DNA from: a virus
Taxonomy: Duplodnaviria > Caudoviricetes
Length of the DNA stretch: 52,490 nucleotides
IMG/VR virus record: IMGVR_UViG_3300021091_000107
Location: 1-52,490 of that record
Strand: one strand, 5' to 3'
In this document: piece by piece, positions 20,401-30,816 of the stretch
How the letters are laid out: each line of letters begins with the position of its first letter
Position numbering within the stretch: the first letter of the stretch is position 1
The notes under the pieces: model-generated
Database searches by the model: none
Told to the model about the DNA's origin: nothing
Seen by the model: the letters and a program-made list of their open reading frames with translations, nothing else
Program-made: the position numbers and the translations under genes

Positions 20401-23400
20401 TTCAAAGATCAAATATTATTTCAGAAGAGATTTTGTAACAACTTCTTCGGTAAACGGTGGTAATATTACGTTTGCTGCTCAATTACCTTATGGCACTCAA
20501 AGATTTGCATCATTCAGAGAAAATAATTTTATTTTAACAGTATTAGATAAGAGATCTTCTACAACATTACAAAGTGGTGATATAATTTTCTTAAAATCAA
20601 ATCAAATTAGTATTGAGAATACTACATCTAGCACAAGTGGATTAACATCTGGTAGTGTTTCCATCAATTTACCATCTTCTTTCTTTGGAACAGACACTAA
20701 CTTCCCTATTCTAAAATTAACAGCAACGGTAGAAGTAAGTAAGGCAAGACCTAGATTAAAAACTATATACAGAAATCAAAGAATTTTAATTCAATCTCCT
20801 GGTGATAGAGTAGTTCCAATCAGAGGCGTTAATTTTGATAACAACAGCACTGACATTCTTTCATATTCTGATGTAATCAAAATCCGTTATGTGTATGAAG
20901 GAACTACACAAACAGCTCCAGTTGTTTCTTCTTCTGGAGAACTTGTTACTGGAACTGACGTAACAGAAAGATTCTCGTTTGATGACGGGCAAAGAGATAC
21001 TTTTTATGATGTATCTCGTCTTGTTTTAAAACCTGGATACACTCCACCATCAGGTCAGTTAATTGTTGCGTTTGATTATTTTGAACATTCTCAAGGAGAT
21101 TTCTGCACAGTTGATTCATATTTACACGAATCAGGTGTTTCTCTTGACGAAATACCTTCGTTCAATTCATCGGTTTTAGGAAAGGTATCATTAAGGGAAG
21201 TATTTGATTTTCGCCCCAAAGTAGATTCATCTGCAATTATTAGCGGTTATCAAGACACATCTGTTCTATCTGTCACTGATTTCAATAGCTTTACTGGATC
21301 TGGCGGAATTACTTCAAGCACACCTGCTACCGAAGATGTTTTAGAATATACTATATCATTCAATCAAAAACAATATTTGGATAGAATTGATGGGATTTTC
21401 CTAAACAAAAAAGGAGAATTTATAGTAAAGGAAGGTAATTCATCACTTAACCCAACAAAACCAGCAGATGTTGATGATGCTCTAGCATTATATTATCTTT
21501 ACATCCCAGCATACACTACGACCACTAATGATGTTCGTATTATCCCTGTTGACAATAGACGTTATACGATGAGGGATATCGGAAAATTAGAGAAGAGAAT
21601 TGAAAGATTGGAACAGTATACTATGTTAAGTATACTGGAGCAACAAGCTCTTAACATGCAAATTAAAGATGAAATAGGTATTGATAGATTTAAGAGTGGA
21701 TTTGTTGTTGATGGTTTTGAAAATCATGGGATTGGTAACCTAGCATCAATTGATTACAAGTGTGCTATCGATACACAGCAATCTGTATTGAGACCTAGAT
21801 CTGTAGAAAAATCTTATCGTTTACAAGAAATTAATACAAGAAACGAACAAAGGTCATTAGATAATTATTCTAAGTCTGGAGATATTATTACTTTACCATT
21901 TACTGATGTCACTGCCATTAAAAATCAGTATGCTACTAAAAAGTTAAACATTAATCCTTTTGTAGTTTTACAATATGTTGGAGATGCAGAATTATCACCT
22001 AATGTTGATCAATGGTATGACGAAAGAGAAACTCCTATAATTCTAGACAACGATAGTAAAGTATTTTCTGTATTTTTCGCTACAGATGATGCAAGAGAAG
22101 GATATTCAAGTATCTATAATAACTTTATTGTTAATTGGATTGGAACTAATAGAGTATTTTATAACGTAACACCTCTTAGCGATTCTTCAACGGTAGTTGC
22201 ATCTGCTACAACTCAATTAGCATCTGTATCAAGCAGTTCAAATATTAGCCCACAAAATAATCAGTTACCACAAGGAGTTGCTGCAAAATCTATAGGTTCT
22301 AATGTTGTATCTTCAACCATTCAACAATTCTGCAGATCTGTTCCTGTATTCTTCAAGATTACTAGAATGAAACCTAGCACAAAATTCTATGTTTTCATGG
22401 ATGGTAAATCTATTGACAGATGGATTGTTCAGGATAGTAGATTTACTGGAATTGCTGGAAATTCACTAAGCACTTTCAATAGTGGTATTATTACTGATGC
22501 TAATGGAAATGCCAGTGGATTAATTTTAATTCCATCTGGTAATCCACCACAGGCGGGATCATCATGGAATGGTTCTGTAGATGATGTTCAATATGATACA
22601 GAAACTGGTTCTTCATTATCATTTATCACAGGAATTAAAACAATTAAATTTACTTCAAATGAAGATGGAATTGTTGACAGTGATGTAGAATCATTTACCG
22701 AAGTTAAATATTATGCTACAGGTAATTTACCTCAGCAACCTTCATCAATTATTTCAACTTCTCCTGCTGTTTTCAAAGCAGAAGAGGGTATTCAATTTAT
22801 TGAAAGCACAAAAGCACAAGTAAAACCAAATCCAGTAAGTCAATCATTTACTATTGAAAAATATCCAGGGGGTGTGTTCTTAACGGGATTAGATTTATAT
22901 TTTAATAAGAAGAGTTCGACCATTCCTGTTAGAGTTTACTTAACTAATGTAGAAAGTGGAAAGCCAGGTAAGTATATCATTTCTGGTAGTGAAACTGTTT
23001 TATATCCAGATACTTATCTAAGAGTATATACAAACGGAACTTTGAACATCACCAAAGGTGAAGTAATTACTGGAGTTTCTTCGAAGGCTTCTGGTCCTAT
23101 AAAAGAAGTATATGATAGAAACAATAATTTAGTTCCTATTTCTGTTTTAGGTCAATACACATTAACTAATGATCAAACATATATTTTAGTATTATCAAAC
23201 AATAACGGAAAATCATTCTCACAAAATGAAGGATTGAATATTCCTTCCCTAACTACTTTCAATGCTGCACAAAATACAAACTACAGTGTGACCATTGCAA
23301 AAGATTCTGGAAGAATAACAGATATTATAATCAATAATGCTGGATCTAGTTATGAGACTGCAACTCTAACTATAGAAAGCCCACAACTCCTTGGCGGAAC

Positions 23401-25630
23401 AAATGCTACCGCAGTCTGTAAAGTTTCTGGTGGTAAAATATATGATTCTTCATTAGTAGTAAATGGTAGTGGATATACTGAAGCTCCATCAGTAATTATT
23501 AATTCAACGGGTTCATCTGCTTCAAATGCTTCTATTGAAGCAGTATTAACTATTGATACTCCAGCGGTAAGAATGGGTGTTGCGATAGATACGGGTGATG
23601 TTTCTATTCCCGATTCTACTACTCCAACTAGATTTAATTTTAAGTATCCTGTTTATTTACAGAATAATGCAGAATATGCTTTTGCAATTGAATCTGATTC
23701 AACTGATTACGTTATCTGGGCATCTAAATTAGGAGAAATTGAACAAGCAACAAATTCAGTAGTAACTTCCCAACCACTTTTAGGATCAGTATTCAAATCA
23801 CAGAACGTTGATTCTTGGACAGAAGATTTATTTGAAGATATTAAATTTACTCTTTATAGAGCAGAATTTGATAATTCCAGACCAGGAATTGTAAAACTAA
23901 GTAATGAAAAATTGGGTTATGAAAAATTAGATACTAATCCATTTGAAACAGATTCATTATCTGATACAACCGCTACATCTTTATTGTTCAGAAATAATAA
24001 TAAAATTGTTAGAGTTAAGCACAAAAATAATGGATTTGAATCTTCTGGTAGATCATATACCGCATTTAGAAGAGCAGCAGATGTTGGAGGAATTACATCT
24101 GACTTTTTAAATAGCACACTATTTAAAATTTCAAATGGAGGTTTAGAATCTTATAATATCACTTCTATCAATAACTCTTCTGCCACATCTGTTGGTGGTG
24201 GCGATAATGTATATGCATTACATAATAGCAAGTATGAAAAATTATTTGCACAAGTTGCATACTTAAACTTTAGTGAAACTTCTGTAAAAGCAGAAGTAAA
24301 AACAACTAATGTTATTCCTTATGATTTTTCAGCAGTAAATTATACATCATATTCTCAATCTACAGTTAATGATGGTTTTGAAAAAACTTTCTTAAATGAA
24401 GATCATTTCTTTAATAATCAGAAGGTTGTTTGTTCAAGAATCAATGAACTAACAAATTCTGATAGAATTACTGATAGATCATTAGTATACAAATTAACAT
24501 TAGAATCTGATGTTTCATACTTATCTCCTGTTATTGATCTGAGATCTTCTTCTGTCAAAGCAATAACAAATAAAGTAGAAAAATCCACAGGTAGCGAAGA
24601 TAGATATGGAAGAAGAGATCAAATTATAAAATTCTATCCTGTCTACAAGTTCTCTGTTTTGGGAAACAATGTATCAACTATACAAGCAGGAGATGCTGCT
24701 AATCCTAAAATTGTTTCTGGATTTACATCTGGAGCAAGAGGTGTAATTGTTAAATTTGATTCATCTAATAGTATTCTATATGTTAAGATGTTAACAGATA
24801 CATTATTTGTTCCTAGCGAAACTTTAGTATTTGCTTCACAATCAGGTCTTTCTACAGTTTCTGTTGGAAGTAATGGTTTAACAGAAGAGACGTTCAACTT
24901 TGTTTACAATTCAGTTATAACATCAATCGACAAAACAGATGTCACCAAAGAATATAGTAATGTTATTAATGGCAGAGTAGTTCTTTGGGATGCAGAAAAG
25001 AGAGAATTGACTGTTTCAAATAACAAGAGACCAATTAACGACAATTATACTGCAGCTGCAACTACTGGATCTGATTATGCTAGAATTCCATTTAGTTCAT
25101 CTTCTACACAACAATCCGATGTTTTCCGTGTTGGCGATTTAGTTTCTTATGAAAATCAATTAACTGATACTAAATCTTTCTTAGAAATCAAATCAATTTT
25201 TTATAGTGATGGTGTATTATTTGTTCCTGAAATAAGAAATAATAGTTCTTCTTTAGCAAAATATGTAACTAAAGAAATTACTATTGAAAACGCAGCAACT
25301 GGATTAGACGTTAAATTAACTGCTAATATATTTGAAGAAGATGATATTCAAGTATTATATAAAGTTAAATCAATTAGTTCACAATTCAATTTTGAAGATC
25401 TTGGTTGGGAATATTTTAATGGAAATGGAAAACCAGATATTCGCGTGATTCCATCTACTGACAATAGTATCGCTGGATACATTGAAAAACAAGATTCTTA
25501 CAAAGAATATAAATTTAGTGTTTTTAATTTAGGTGAGTTTTCTTCATTTGCTATAAAAATAATTATGAGAAGTTCAAATCCAGTATTTGTTCCAAAAATT
25601 CAAGATTGTAGAGTTGTAGCATCGTTCTAA
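17465..25630 (+). CDS. Large virion structural protein, VrlC-like/DUF4815, 2721 aa
   Basis: PYNDDF...YKVLFRPG..IQSRELTTLQS..QNQIE, APGAHR, LARRTYDESGDY, RRYTMRDIGKLEKRIERLE, RFKSGFVVDGF, SQSF..GVFLTGLDLYF. Confidence 0.85.
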   Translation: MPQKINLNAPPYNDDFNIDKGYYKVLFRPGYSIQSRELTTLQSVLQNQIESIGRSRFKQGQQVIPGEVSFNNKLNYVKLSSVSEVAVNINGNVVFQKYDIANLLGSTIQGLSSGVTATVISYAYGNDIESDILYVKYTNSGNSNTESTFRQGETLEATNIADTPTLVVGTDGSVLPTTIDVKDYDTGKITTIDSPAMGYASAVNVQEGVYFVNGYFVNNSEELIVVDKYYNKPSAKVGFTITESLVTSEEDATLYDNARGFSNFAAPGAHRLQIKLSLLVKEFDALTDENYVQLVSIKNGEVQQLVKTTDYNIIEETLARRTYDESGDYVVDNFSLDLREFYQQNNNKGIYPLNEETELVDGKTTSEANSLMVAGLGSGKAYIKGYEVVNKDTKYIDVNKARDTLTKEDVRVKSSSLSYFNISNVYGSIPVNSEGQELTAYPTVYLNSTFNDGSIGYNNTESTSSTKQTISRRGVKFGLDDAIITLYMPNPGNYSSTTFPTPDTFGSSLTTLWYVVNLGTTPASTTVRSVSVLSYSVVKRPFDIGVESPNTDYLELTVVGNKEDIYYFLKEYDDNDPSKRRKLFKTQADAKDYYFQVGTSTIFPYSEVYDYNEIITPVVGVCKPKDFSLIQRGSGFNEDIDIVLSKGRLGDGTSSYNSIFRLAYFNPTFFTRVVLDQDISSNTFLPGKYILGSTSGSYGVVEGSTASKYTVGNILFVRMLSGNFVSGETITDESGNSRRIAREGTISHFVVMKRGDGYPVNTGIKVNGVQYTSSAVEISYLAQAIYKVTIKDKNLLGQVYATTPEVSFNTGNTNPISQAVVIPVLYRNTVYTFDPQNVKSVSSTFGAGNAYNFTADVESFQSSYVTNKILTDFTFSGSKGQKYIECNGFSGDPSSDLIQGDIIQFNDATNTAVRSVVQRVEKAEGLIKSKVYLDNALRNDVANASVIRVRPTIQNSATSSLLIPIGSKYPSSIVDSPDDSKIKYYFRRDFVTTSSVNGGNITFAAQLPYGTQRFASFRENNFILTVLDKRSSTTLQSGDIIFLKSNQISIENTTSSTSGLTSGSVSINLPSSFFGTDTNFPILKLTATVEVSKARPRLKTIYRNQRILIQSPGDRVVPIRGVNFDNNSTDILSYSDVIKIRYVYEGTTQTAPVVSSSGELVTGTDVTERFSFDDGQRDTFYDVSRLVLKPGYTPPSGQLIVAFDYFEHSQGDFCTVDSYLHESGVSLDEIPSFNSSVLGKVSLREVFDFRPKVDSSAIISGYQDTSVLSVTDFNSFTGSGGITSSTPATEDVLEYTISFNQKQYLDRIDGIFLNKKGEFIVKEGNSSLNPTKPADVDDALALYYLYIPAYTTTTNDVRIIPVDNRRYTMRDIGKLEKRIERLEQYTMLSILEQQALNMQIKDEIGIDRFKSGFVVDGFENHGIGNLASIDYKCAIDTQQSVLRPRSVEKSYRLQEINTRNEQRSLDNYSKSGDIITLPFTDVTAIKNQYATKKLNINPFVVLQYVGDAELSPNVDQWYDERETPIILDNDSKVFSVFFATDDAREGYSSIYNNFIVNWIGTNRVFYNVTPLSDSSTVVASATTQLASVSSSSNISPQNNQLPQGVAAKSIGSNVVSSTIQQFCRSVPVFFKITRMKPSTKFYVFMDGKSIDRWIVQDSRFTGIAGNSLSTFNSGIITDANGNASGLILIPSGNPPQAGSSWNGSVDDVQYDTETGSSLSFITGIKTIKFTSNEDGIVDSDVESFTEVKYYATGNLPQQPSSIISTSPAVFKAEEGIQFIESTKAQVKPNPVSQSFTIEKYPGGVFLTGLDLYFNKKSSTIPVRVYLTNVESGKPGKYIISGSETVLYPDTYLRVYTNGTLNITKGEVITGVSSKASGPIKEVYDRNNNLVPISVLGQYTLTNDQTYILVLSNNNGKSFSQNEGLNIPSLTTFNAAQNTNYSVTIAKDSGRITDIIINNAGSSYETATLTIESPQLLGGTNATAVCKVSGGKIYDSSLVVNGSGYTEAPSVIINSTGSSASNASIEAVLTIDTPAVRMGVAIDTGDVSIPDSTTPTRFNFKYPVYLQNNAEYAFAIESDSTDYVIWASKLGEIEQATNSVVTSQPLLGSVFKSQNVDSWTEDLFEDIKFTLYRAEFDNSRPGIVKLSNEKLGYEKLDTNPFETDSLSDTTATSLLFRNNNKIVRVKHKNNGFESSGRSYTAFRRAADVGGITSDFLNSTLFKISNGGLESYNITSINNSSATSVGGGDNVYALHNSKYEKLFAQVAYLNFSETSVKAEVKTTNVIPYDFSAVNYTSYSQSTVNDGFEKTFLNEDHFFNNQKVVCSRINELTNSDRITDRSLVYKLTLESDVSYLSPVIDLRSSSVKAITNKVEKSTGSEDRYGRRDQIIKFYPVYKFSVLGNNVSTIQAGDAANPKIVSGFTSGARGVIVKFDSSNSILYVKMLTDTLFVPSETLVFASQSGLSTVSVGSNGLTEETFNFVYNSVITSIDKTDVTKEYSNVINGRVVLWDAEKRELTVSNNKRPINDNYTAAATTGSDYARIPFSSSSTQQSDVFRVGDLVSYENQLTDTKSFLEIKSIFYSDGVLFVPEIRNNSSSLAKYVTKEITIENAATGLDVKLTANIFEEDDIQVLYKVKSISSQFNFEDLGWEYFNGNGKPDIRVIPSTDNSIAGYIEKQDSYKEYKFSVFNLGEFSSFAIKIIMRSSNPVFVPKIQDCRVVASF

Positions 25631-25848
25631 TGGATCGCATCAAAGTTCTTGACCACGACTATCTCGTGAGAGATAAAGATACTGGTGCCATTATAAATAC
25701 TGATAAAAGTGTATTTGAAGATGCTAGAAAACTACGTAATGGTAGTGCATCTATTAAAAAACTTCAAAGTGATGTGGAAGATTTAAAGAATGAACTCTCA
25801 GATATCAAAAATCTTTTAAGAGAACTCATAAGAAATGGCAATACTTAG
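25630..25848 (+). CDS. Small conserved coiled-coil protein, 72 aa
   Basis: [14 protein letters not shown] motif followed by heptads; coupled to the upstream stop (TAATG). Confidence 0.8.
   Translation: MDRIKVLDHDYLVRDKDTGAIINTDKSVFEDARKLRNGSASIKKLQSDVEDLKNELSDIKNLLRELIRNGNT
25692..25699 (+). promoter_or_regulatory. T4 late promoter, internal to the 72-aa gene, likely driving the 25835 gene
   Basis: Exact TATAAATA about 140 nt upstream of ATG 25835. Confidence 0.55.
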
Positions 25849-28800
25849 AAATGTAGCTAAGACCGATACTCTGGAAATTCAGAGACAAAAGATAAATCAG
25901 ATAGCATCTGATTTATTTACGGTTCAAACTTCCGTAGGTGAAGGAGCATTTAGTATGAGTGATGGAACTGTTCAGCAGCCATCACTATTTTTTACTAATG
26001 CTACTGATGTTGGTGTTTTTAGGGGTTCTAGTGGAAAACAGTTATTTATTGCAGCTGAAGGTAGTGCAATTGCCAAGTTTGACAAAAATAATTTAACATC
26101 TTTAAAAGATTTTAAAACTTTAATCTCTGCTGTTCCAAACGGAGCTAATGGAATCACTATTACAAATCCAGGATCTCAATACAGTTCAGGAACTTTTTCT
26201 TCTGTTCCTTTAACTGGTGGTTCTGGAACTGGAATAAAAGCTTCTCTTATTGTAAGAGCTATAACTGGAAATATTACAAATGGTGGTAGTGGATATGTTG
26301 GCGGATCTTACGTTAGCGTTCCCCTAACAGGTGGATCTGGAACTGGAGCTACTGCAGACATTACAGTTTCTCCTTTTTCTGGTTCTATTCAAACTGGTGG
26401 ATCTGGTGGAAATATTGGCGGTAATGCTTCTCAAATATTCACTAACGTATCTTTGACTGGTGGATCTGGATCTGGAATGAGAGCCGATATTACTGTCACT
26501 ACAGCAGGTCAAATCGTAGCTGTTACTGCTGTTAATATTGTCAATCAAGGATCTGGTTATCAAACTGGAGATGTTTTAACAGCACTTTCTAATACAATTG
26601 GTGGTGTTACAGGATTTCAATATGTTATTAATGGTGTTGGAAACGTCACCCAAGTTCAAATATTATTAGCAAATACTGGATATCAAGTAGGAAACGTTTT
26701 ATCAGCTAGCAATACAAATCTTGGTGGTTCTGGATCTGGGTTTCAATTCACTGTAACTGGTGTTGGATCAGTAATTGATGCTTCAGTTACCGATGGTGGT
26801 GATGGATATATCATAGGAGATCAACTTTCTGTAAATGCAGTAGAACTTACACCCGCAGAAACTTGGTATGTAAGAATGTGGATGACACAATTATTTGTGT
26901 TTTCTGGAACATTACCAACAACAGGATTCAATGTAGGAGATACATTAACATATGCTGGCGAAGGAAGAACCGTTGTAAAAAAATGGTTAAATGCACAAAA
27001 TAGAGTAGAAGCAGTTGCTGTTAGAGCTGGCGCTGAAGACGGTAATACTATTGAGTTTTTTCCTGGGTTATCTGCAAGTGATGGAAATGGAAACAGTGCT
27101 ACTGTTGGATCATCTAGGTCAGAATTAAACTATTACTTCTCATCAAACCAAAATGGTCCTTTTGAAAACATAAAAGATTTCACTTTCCAAAAAAACAAAC
27201 GTTATATATTCAACCAAACACATCCTTCGAATAATACTCACCCAATACGATTTAGCACAACTGCTGATGGTATTCATACCGTATTGAGTGGGCAAGGAGC
27301 GCAAAGAGATTTTGGTGATTTATATGAAGGAAGTGAAGTAAATTATGAATACACTCCTTTTGATGTTTCCATAATTCCAAATGACAACACCCCAACAACT
27401 TTATATTATTATTGTGGTAATGGATTTGGAGATCCAGAAAATCAACACATTAATGAGGGTGGTTTTGACGGCAGAGAAGGAAAAATTACTATTAGTGGAA
27501 CAGCGACAGTATCTGGTAGTGGATTGACGATCACTATTGGTGCAGTTAACACTGCTTCCAATATTATTCTTAAGAAGAACGGAGAATCTACATTAGGTGC
27601 TACAACAGCTTCGTCATTAACATTGACTGGTGAATTATCAGTTGGTTCTGCAACTACGTTGATTGGTAATTTAAATATAGGATATAATAAATTTAGCGTT
27701 GCATCATCGAGTGGAAATACAAGTATTGCTGGTTCATTAACTGTACAAGGCAGTCTTTCCTTCTTGGCAGATGCTGCTTTTGGTGGAACATTATATGTAG
27801 ATTCCACCAATAATAGAGTTTCAATAAATCTAGATCCTAATGTAAATCCATTGACTTATGATTTTGAAGTTAGTGGAGAAGCTAAAGTAAATGATAATGT
27901 TAGATTAGCGACCGATTCTTCTGCTTTTGTTAGAATAGGTAGTGGATTAACTGGAACTGATAAACTTCAAGTCAGTGGGAATATATTATGTTCTGATGGA
28001 AAATATCTTGCTCCACCAACTTCAGATGTTTTAAATCCTGTTTATACTTTTTCAGGAAATACCAGAGTAGGATTATTATTAAATAATACTAATAATAGTA
28101 TGTCTGTAACTGGATTGAGTGGTGAAATACTCAACCTCCAAAAAAATCTCATCACAACATATAGAAAAATAAACTGTGATTATGTTACCGTAAATAGTTC
28201 AAAAATTACGATACCTGGATCTGGTTACGCTGCTGGAAGTTACGGTGGTGTATTAGCCTCTGGCGGAACTGGTTCTGGATTAGTAGCAAATCTTATTGTT
28301 TCATTTTATTTACCTCTGGGAGAAATTAATACCGTAGGAAATGTATCTGCTGCCGATTCAACAAGAGTAGCGGGTACATATAATATTACTTCTGCCAACT
28401 ATACAACAAATGGTTCTGGAACTGGTGCAACTTTCCAAATAGTTGTTGATGGAAGTGGAGCATGTGTAGTAACTGTTACCAATGGGGGAGAGGGATACAC
28501 GGTAGGAGATACCATCACCGTAAGTGGATCTATTTTATCTCCTGGTGCATTAACTCCTGCGTCTAATCTAACTTTTATTGCTGCAGGATTTACGTCTGAT
28601 CAAGGAAGTGGATATACAGATGGAACATATACATCTGTTCCTTTAACTGGAGGATCTGGAACAGGTGCAATAGCCGAAATAGTAATTTCTGCTGGATCTG
28701 TAACTAGTATTGTTGTTACAGAGAATGGAATAAATTATGCAATCAACGATACATTATCTTTCAATCACACTTCTTTAATACCACCCCTTGGTGGAACATC

Positions 28801-30250
28801 AGTAGCACCATCAGTAGCAGCATCATTAAAAATAAGGTATCTCGGAACATTATCTAAAGTAACTATTGTTGATTTTGGAGAAGGTTATAAACAAAATGAT
28901 ATTTTAGAGTTTCCTTCTATTGGTGGAACTCAAGCTGTCACTGCAAAATATACTATATTATCAACATCATCAACTACAAATGTAGAAATTAATAATTCAG
29001 ATGGTAGTATTTTAGCGAAATCATTAAGAACTACTGGATCTGGTATTTTAATAGATAATAACCTTTCAATAGATAGCAATATCATTTCATCTACTCAAAA
29101 TGAAGATATTTTTGTTGCTCCAGGATCTTCATCTAAATTGCTATCTGTTTCTGGAACTGGTGGTATCAAACTTCCTGTAGGTAACTCTACTAATAGACCA
29201 TCAGCAGCAACAGCAGGTATTATTCGTTATAATACCCAAACATCTCAATATGAAGGATCAAATGGAATAAACTTCATTTCCCTTGGCGGTGTTAGGGATG
29301 TTGATGGTAACACTTTCATTATTGCCGAAGAAACCGTAGGAGAAAATGATAATACTCTATACTTCTTCAATGATGGTTACAATTCTGCTAGATTCAAAAG
29401 AACAGAAGTTGAACTAGTTACGGCAAATAAAATATCAGTTAGAGATACTGATGGTAAACTGTTGTGGAAACCAACTACCGCATTTAGTTTAAATGCTTTT
29501 GTTTATTATGAAGATAACATTTATCAAGTAACAACCGCAGGAACTACAGGAACTATAGCGCCAACACATACTTCTGGTTCTGACTCAAATGGAAGTGCAA
29601 CTCTAACTTATGTAAGTGATAGTTATGGAAGTTTAGAAATCAGGGGAGATGAGATTAAGTTAGGAACAAGAGTAAATATTGACAATAAGTTAGATATTTA
29701 CGCCTATAATACAAATAATCTAATATTTGAATCTGCTTTAAATATTGCCAAGATTGCATTTGGTAATAACCTAGGAGTTCCAGATACCTTAGTTTCTTTT
29801 AATTCAACGAATGCAGCGGTACAAATCAACAGAAATTTTGATACATCAAATCCAGAAGATAATATTTCATTAGTTGACAAAACTCTCAAGTTTCTTGAGT
29901 TGACTGATGTTCGTTATGAAACAACATCTGTTGGATTAGTCAAAGGTGCTTCTAATATTGCTACTTCAACAGTATATAATCCAACTGTTCATAGTTCAGC
30001 AAAAATCATTGTTACTGCACATAACTTAACTACAGATGATAAACAAATGATTGAATACAATGTAGTTCATAAAAATACCGATATCTTTGCTGTTCAATAT
30101 GGCAATACTGTGACAAATGGAGATTTATTCGTTGGATCTTTTGACTTTGATGGATCTAATAACATTCGTTTTACTGCAACATTAGCATCTAGTGTTGCAA
30201 CTGGTAATAATGTAAAAGTGGTTGTAACCAAAACTCAAATTAAAAAGTAA
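25835..30250 (+). CDS. Large Gly-rich tail-fibre/structural protein, 1471 aa
   Basis: N-terminal [16 protein letters not shown] anchor; repeated GSGY...[10 protein letters not shown] units; [10 protein letters not shown]...GIIRYNT fibre motif; cupredoxin-like and CBM-like modules. Confidence 0.8.
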   Translation: MAILRNVAKTDTLEIQRQKINQIASDLFTVQTSVGEGAFSMSDGTVQQPSLFFTNATDVGVFRGSSGKQLFIAAEGSAIAKFDKNNLTSLKDFKTLISAVPNGANGITITNPGSQYSSGTFSSVPLTGGSGTGIKASLIVRAITGNITNGGSGYVGGSYVSVPLTGGSGTGATADITVSPFSGSIQTGGSGGNIGGNASQIFTNVSLTGGSGSGMRADITVTTAGQIVAVTAVNIVNQGSGYQTGDVLTALSNTIGGVTGFQYVINGVGNVTQVQILLANTGYQVGNVLSASNTNLGGSGSGFQFTVTGVGSVIDASVTDGGDGYIIGDQLSVNAVELTPAETWYVRMWMTQLFVFSGTLPTTGFNVGDTLTYAGEGRTVVKKWLNAQNRVEAVAVRAGAEDGNTIEFFPGLSASDGNGNSATVGSSRSELNYYFSSNQNGPFENIKDFTFQKNKRYIFNQTHPSNNTHPIRFSTTADGIHTVLSGQGAQRDFGDLYEGSEVNYEYTPFDVSIIPNDNTPTTLYYYCGNGFGDPENQHINEGGFDGREGKITISGTATVSGSGLTITIGAVNTASNIILKKNGESTLGATTASSLTLTGELSVGSATTLIGNLNIGYNKFSVASSSGNTSIAGSLTVQGSLSFLADAAFGGTLYVDSTNNRVSINLDPNVNPLTYDFEVSGEAKVNDNVRLATDSSAFVRIGSGLTGTDKLQVSGNILCSDGKYLAPPTSDVLNPVYTFSGNTRVGLLLNNTNNSMSVTGLSGEILNLQKNLITTYRKINCDYVTVNSSKITIPGSGYAAGSYGGVLASGGTGSGLVANLIVSFYLPLGEINTVGNVSAADSTRVAGTYNITSANYTTNGSGTGATFQIVVDGSGACVVTVTNGGEGYTVGDTITVSGSILSPGALTPASNLTFIAAGFTSDQGSGYTDGTYTSVPLTGGSGTGAIAEIVISAGSVTSIVVTENGINYAINDTLSFNHTSLIPPLGGTSVAPSVAASLKIRYLGTLSKVTIVDFGEGYKQNDILEFPSIGGTQAVTAKYTILSTSSTTNVEINNSDGSILAKSLRTTGSGILIDNNLSIDSNIISSTQNEDIFVAPGSSSKLLSVSGTGGIKLPVGNSTNRPSAATAGIIRYNTQTSQYEGSNGINFISLGGVRDVDGNTFIIAEETVGENDNTLYFFNDGYNSARFKRTEVELVTANKISVRDTDGKLLWKPTTAFSLNAFVYYEDNIYQVTTAGTTGTIAPTHTSGSDSNGSATLTYVSDSYGSLEIRGDEIKLGTRVNIDNKLDIYAYNTNNLIFESALNIAKIAFGNNLGVPDTLVSFNSTNAAVQINRNFDTSNPEDNISLVDKTLKFLELTDVRYETTSVGLVKGASNIATSTVYNPTVHSSAKIIVTAHNLTTDDKQMIEYNVVHKNTDIFAVQYGNTVTNGDLFVGSFDFDGSNNIRFTATLASSVATGNNVKVVVTKTQIKK
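26156..26830 (+). repeat. Degenerate tandem coding repeats (ITNxGSGY...[10 protein letters not shown]); more copies at about 28200-28750
   Basis: Visible in translation; identical 17-mer TCTGTTCCTTTAACTGG at 26201-26217 and 28634-28650. Confidence 0.75.
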
Positions 30251-30256
30251 TACGCC

Positions 30257-30766
30257 ATGGCAACTACTATAAAAACTTTCAATTCTGAGGGTGGTTTTGG
30301 TATCAACCAGACTACTCTTATTACTGATGATTTAGATGTTCAAAATGTAAATACATTTACATTAAAAAATTCAAATTATAGTGATGCTACAAAAAAAGAT
30401 TACATATTGAAAGGATTAAATACTACAGTATTGACATTAGATGGAACTCTTCCAATAACATTAACTTCTGGAACTGTTAATTTTGTTACTGGATATATTC
30501 TTGCGGTAAACGGAGACGGAACTGGATTATATTCTGTTAAAATAGAATCGACGGTTTCATGTAGTGACTCTGGATCTGTTTCTACTTTGTCTGAATTAAC
30601 TACTATTATTAAAGATTCTATTCCATCAGGGCAAACGTGGACAGTAGAAACTTATACATCAGGTCAGTCTCATCAGTTTAGCTATTCTACTGTTAGAGGT
30701 GGAACCACTAATGTTATCAAATGGATAGCAAATGTTCAGATAGTCTCAGTTATTTGGCAACAATAA
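30257..30766 (+). CDS. Virion structural protein, 169 aa
   Basis: ORF between two fibre genes; FNSEGGFG N-terminal motif; beta-rich. Confidence 0.7.
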   Translation: MATTIKTFNSEGGFGINQTTLITDDLDVQNVNTFTLKNSNYSDATKKDYILKGLNTTVLTLDGTLPITLTSGTVNFVTGYILAVNGDGTGLYSVKIESTVSCSDSGSVSTLSELTTIIKDSIPSGQTWTVETYTSGQSHQFSYSTVRGGTTNVIKWIANVQIVSVIWQQ

Positions 30767-30773
30767 CTAAATA
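30766..30773 (+). promoter_or_regulatory. Late promoter variant
   Basis: ACTAAATA in the intergenic gap, 44 nt upstream of ATG 30817. Confidence 0.55.
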
Positions 30774-30816
30774 ATAAAGAATAATATAACAAAATCTGTT
30801 GGAGCACTAGATCAAG

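Noticed and set aside
26156-28750. Gly-rich repeats as a possible CRISPR array, DGR template/variable repeat pair, or collagen
   Set aside because: The repeats are in-frame, degenerate at synonymous positions and lack unique spacers; no adenine-specific divergence and no reverse transcriptase in the window; not Gly-X-Y periodic
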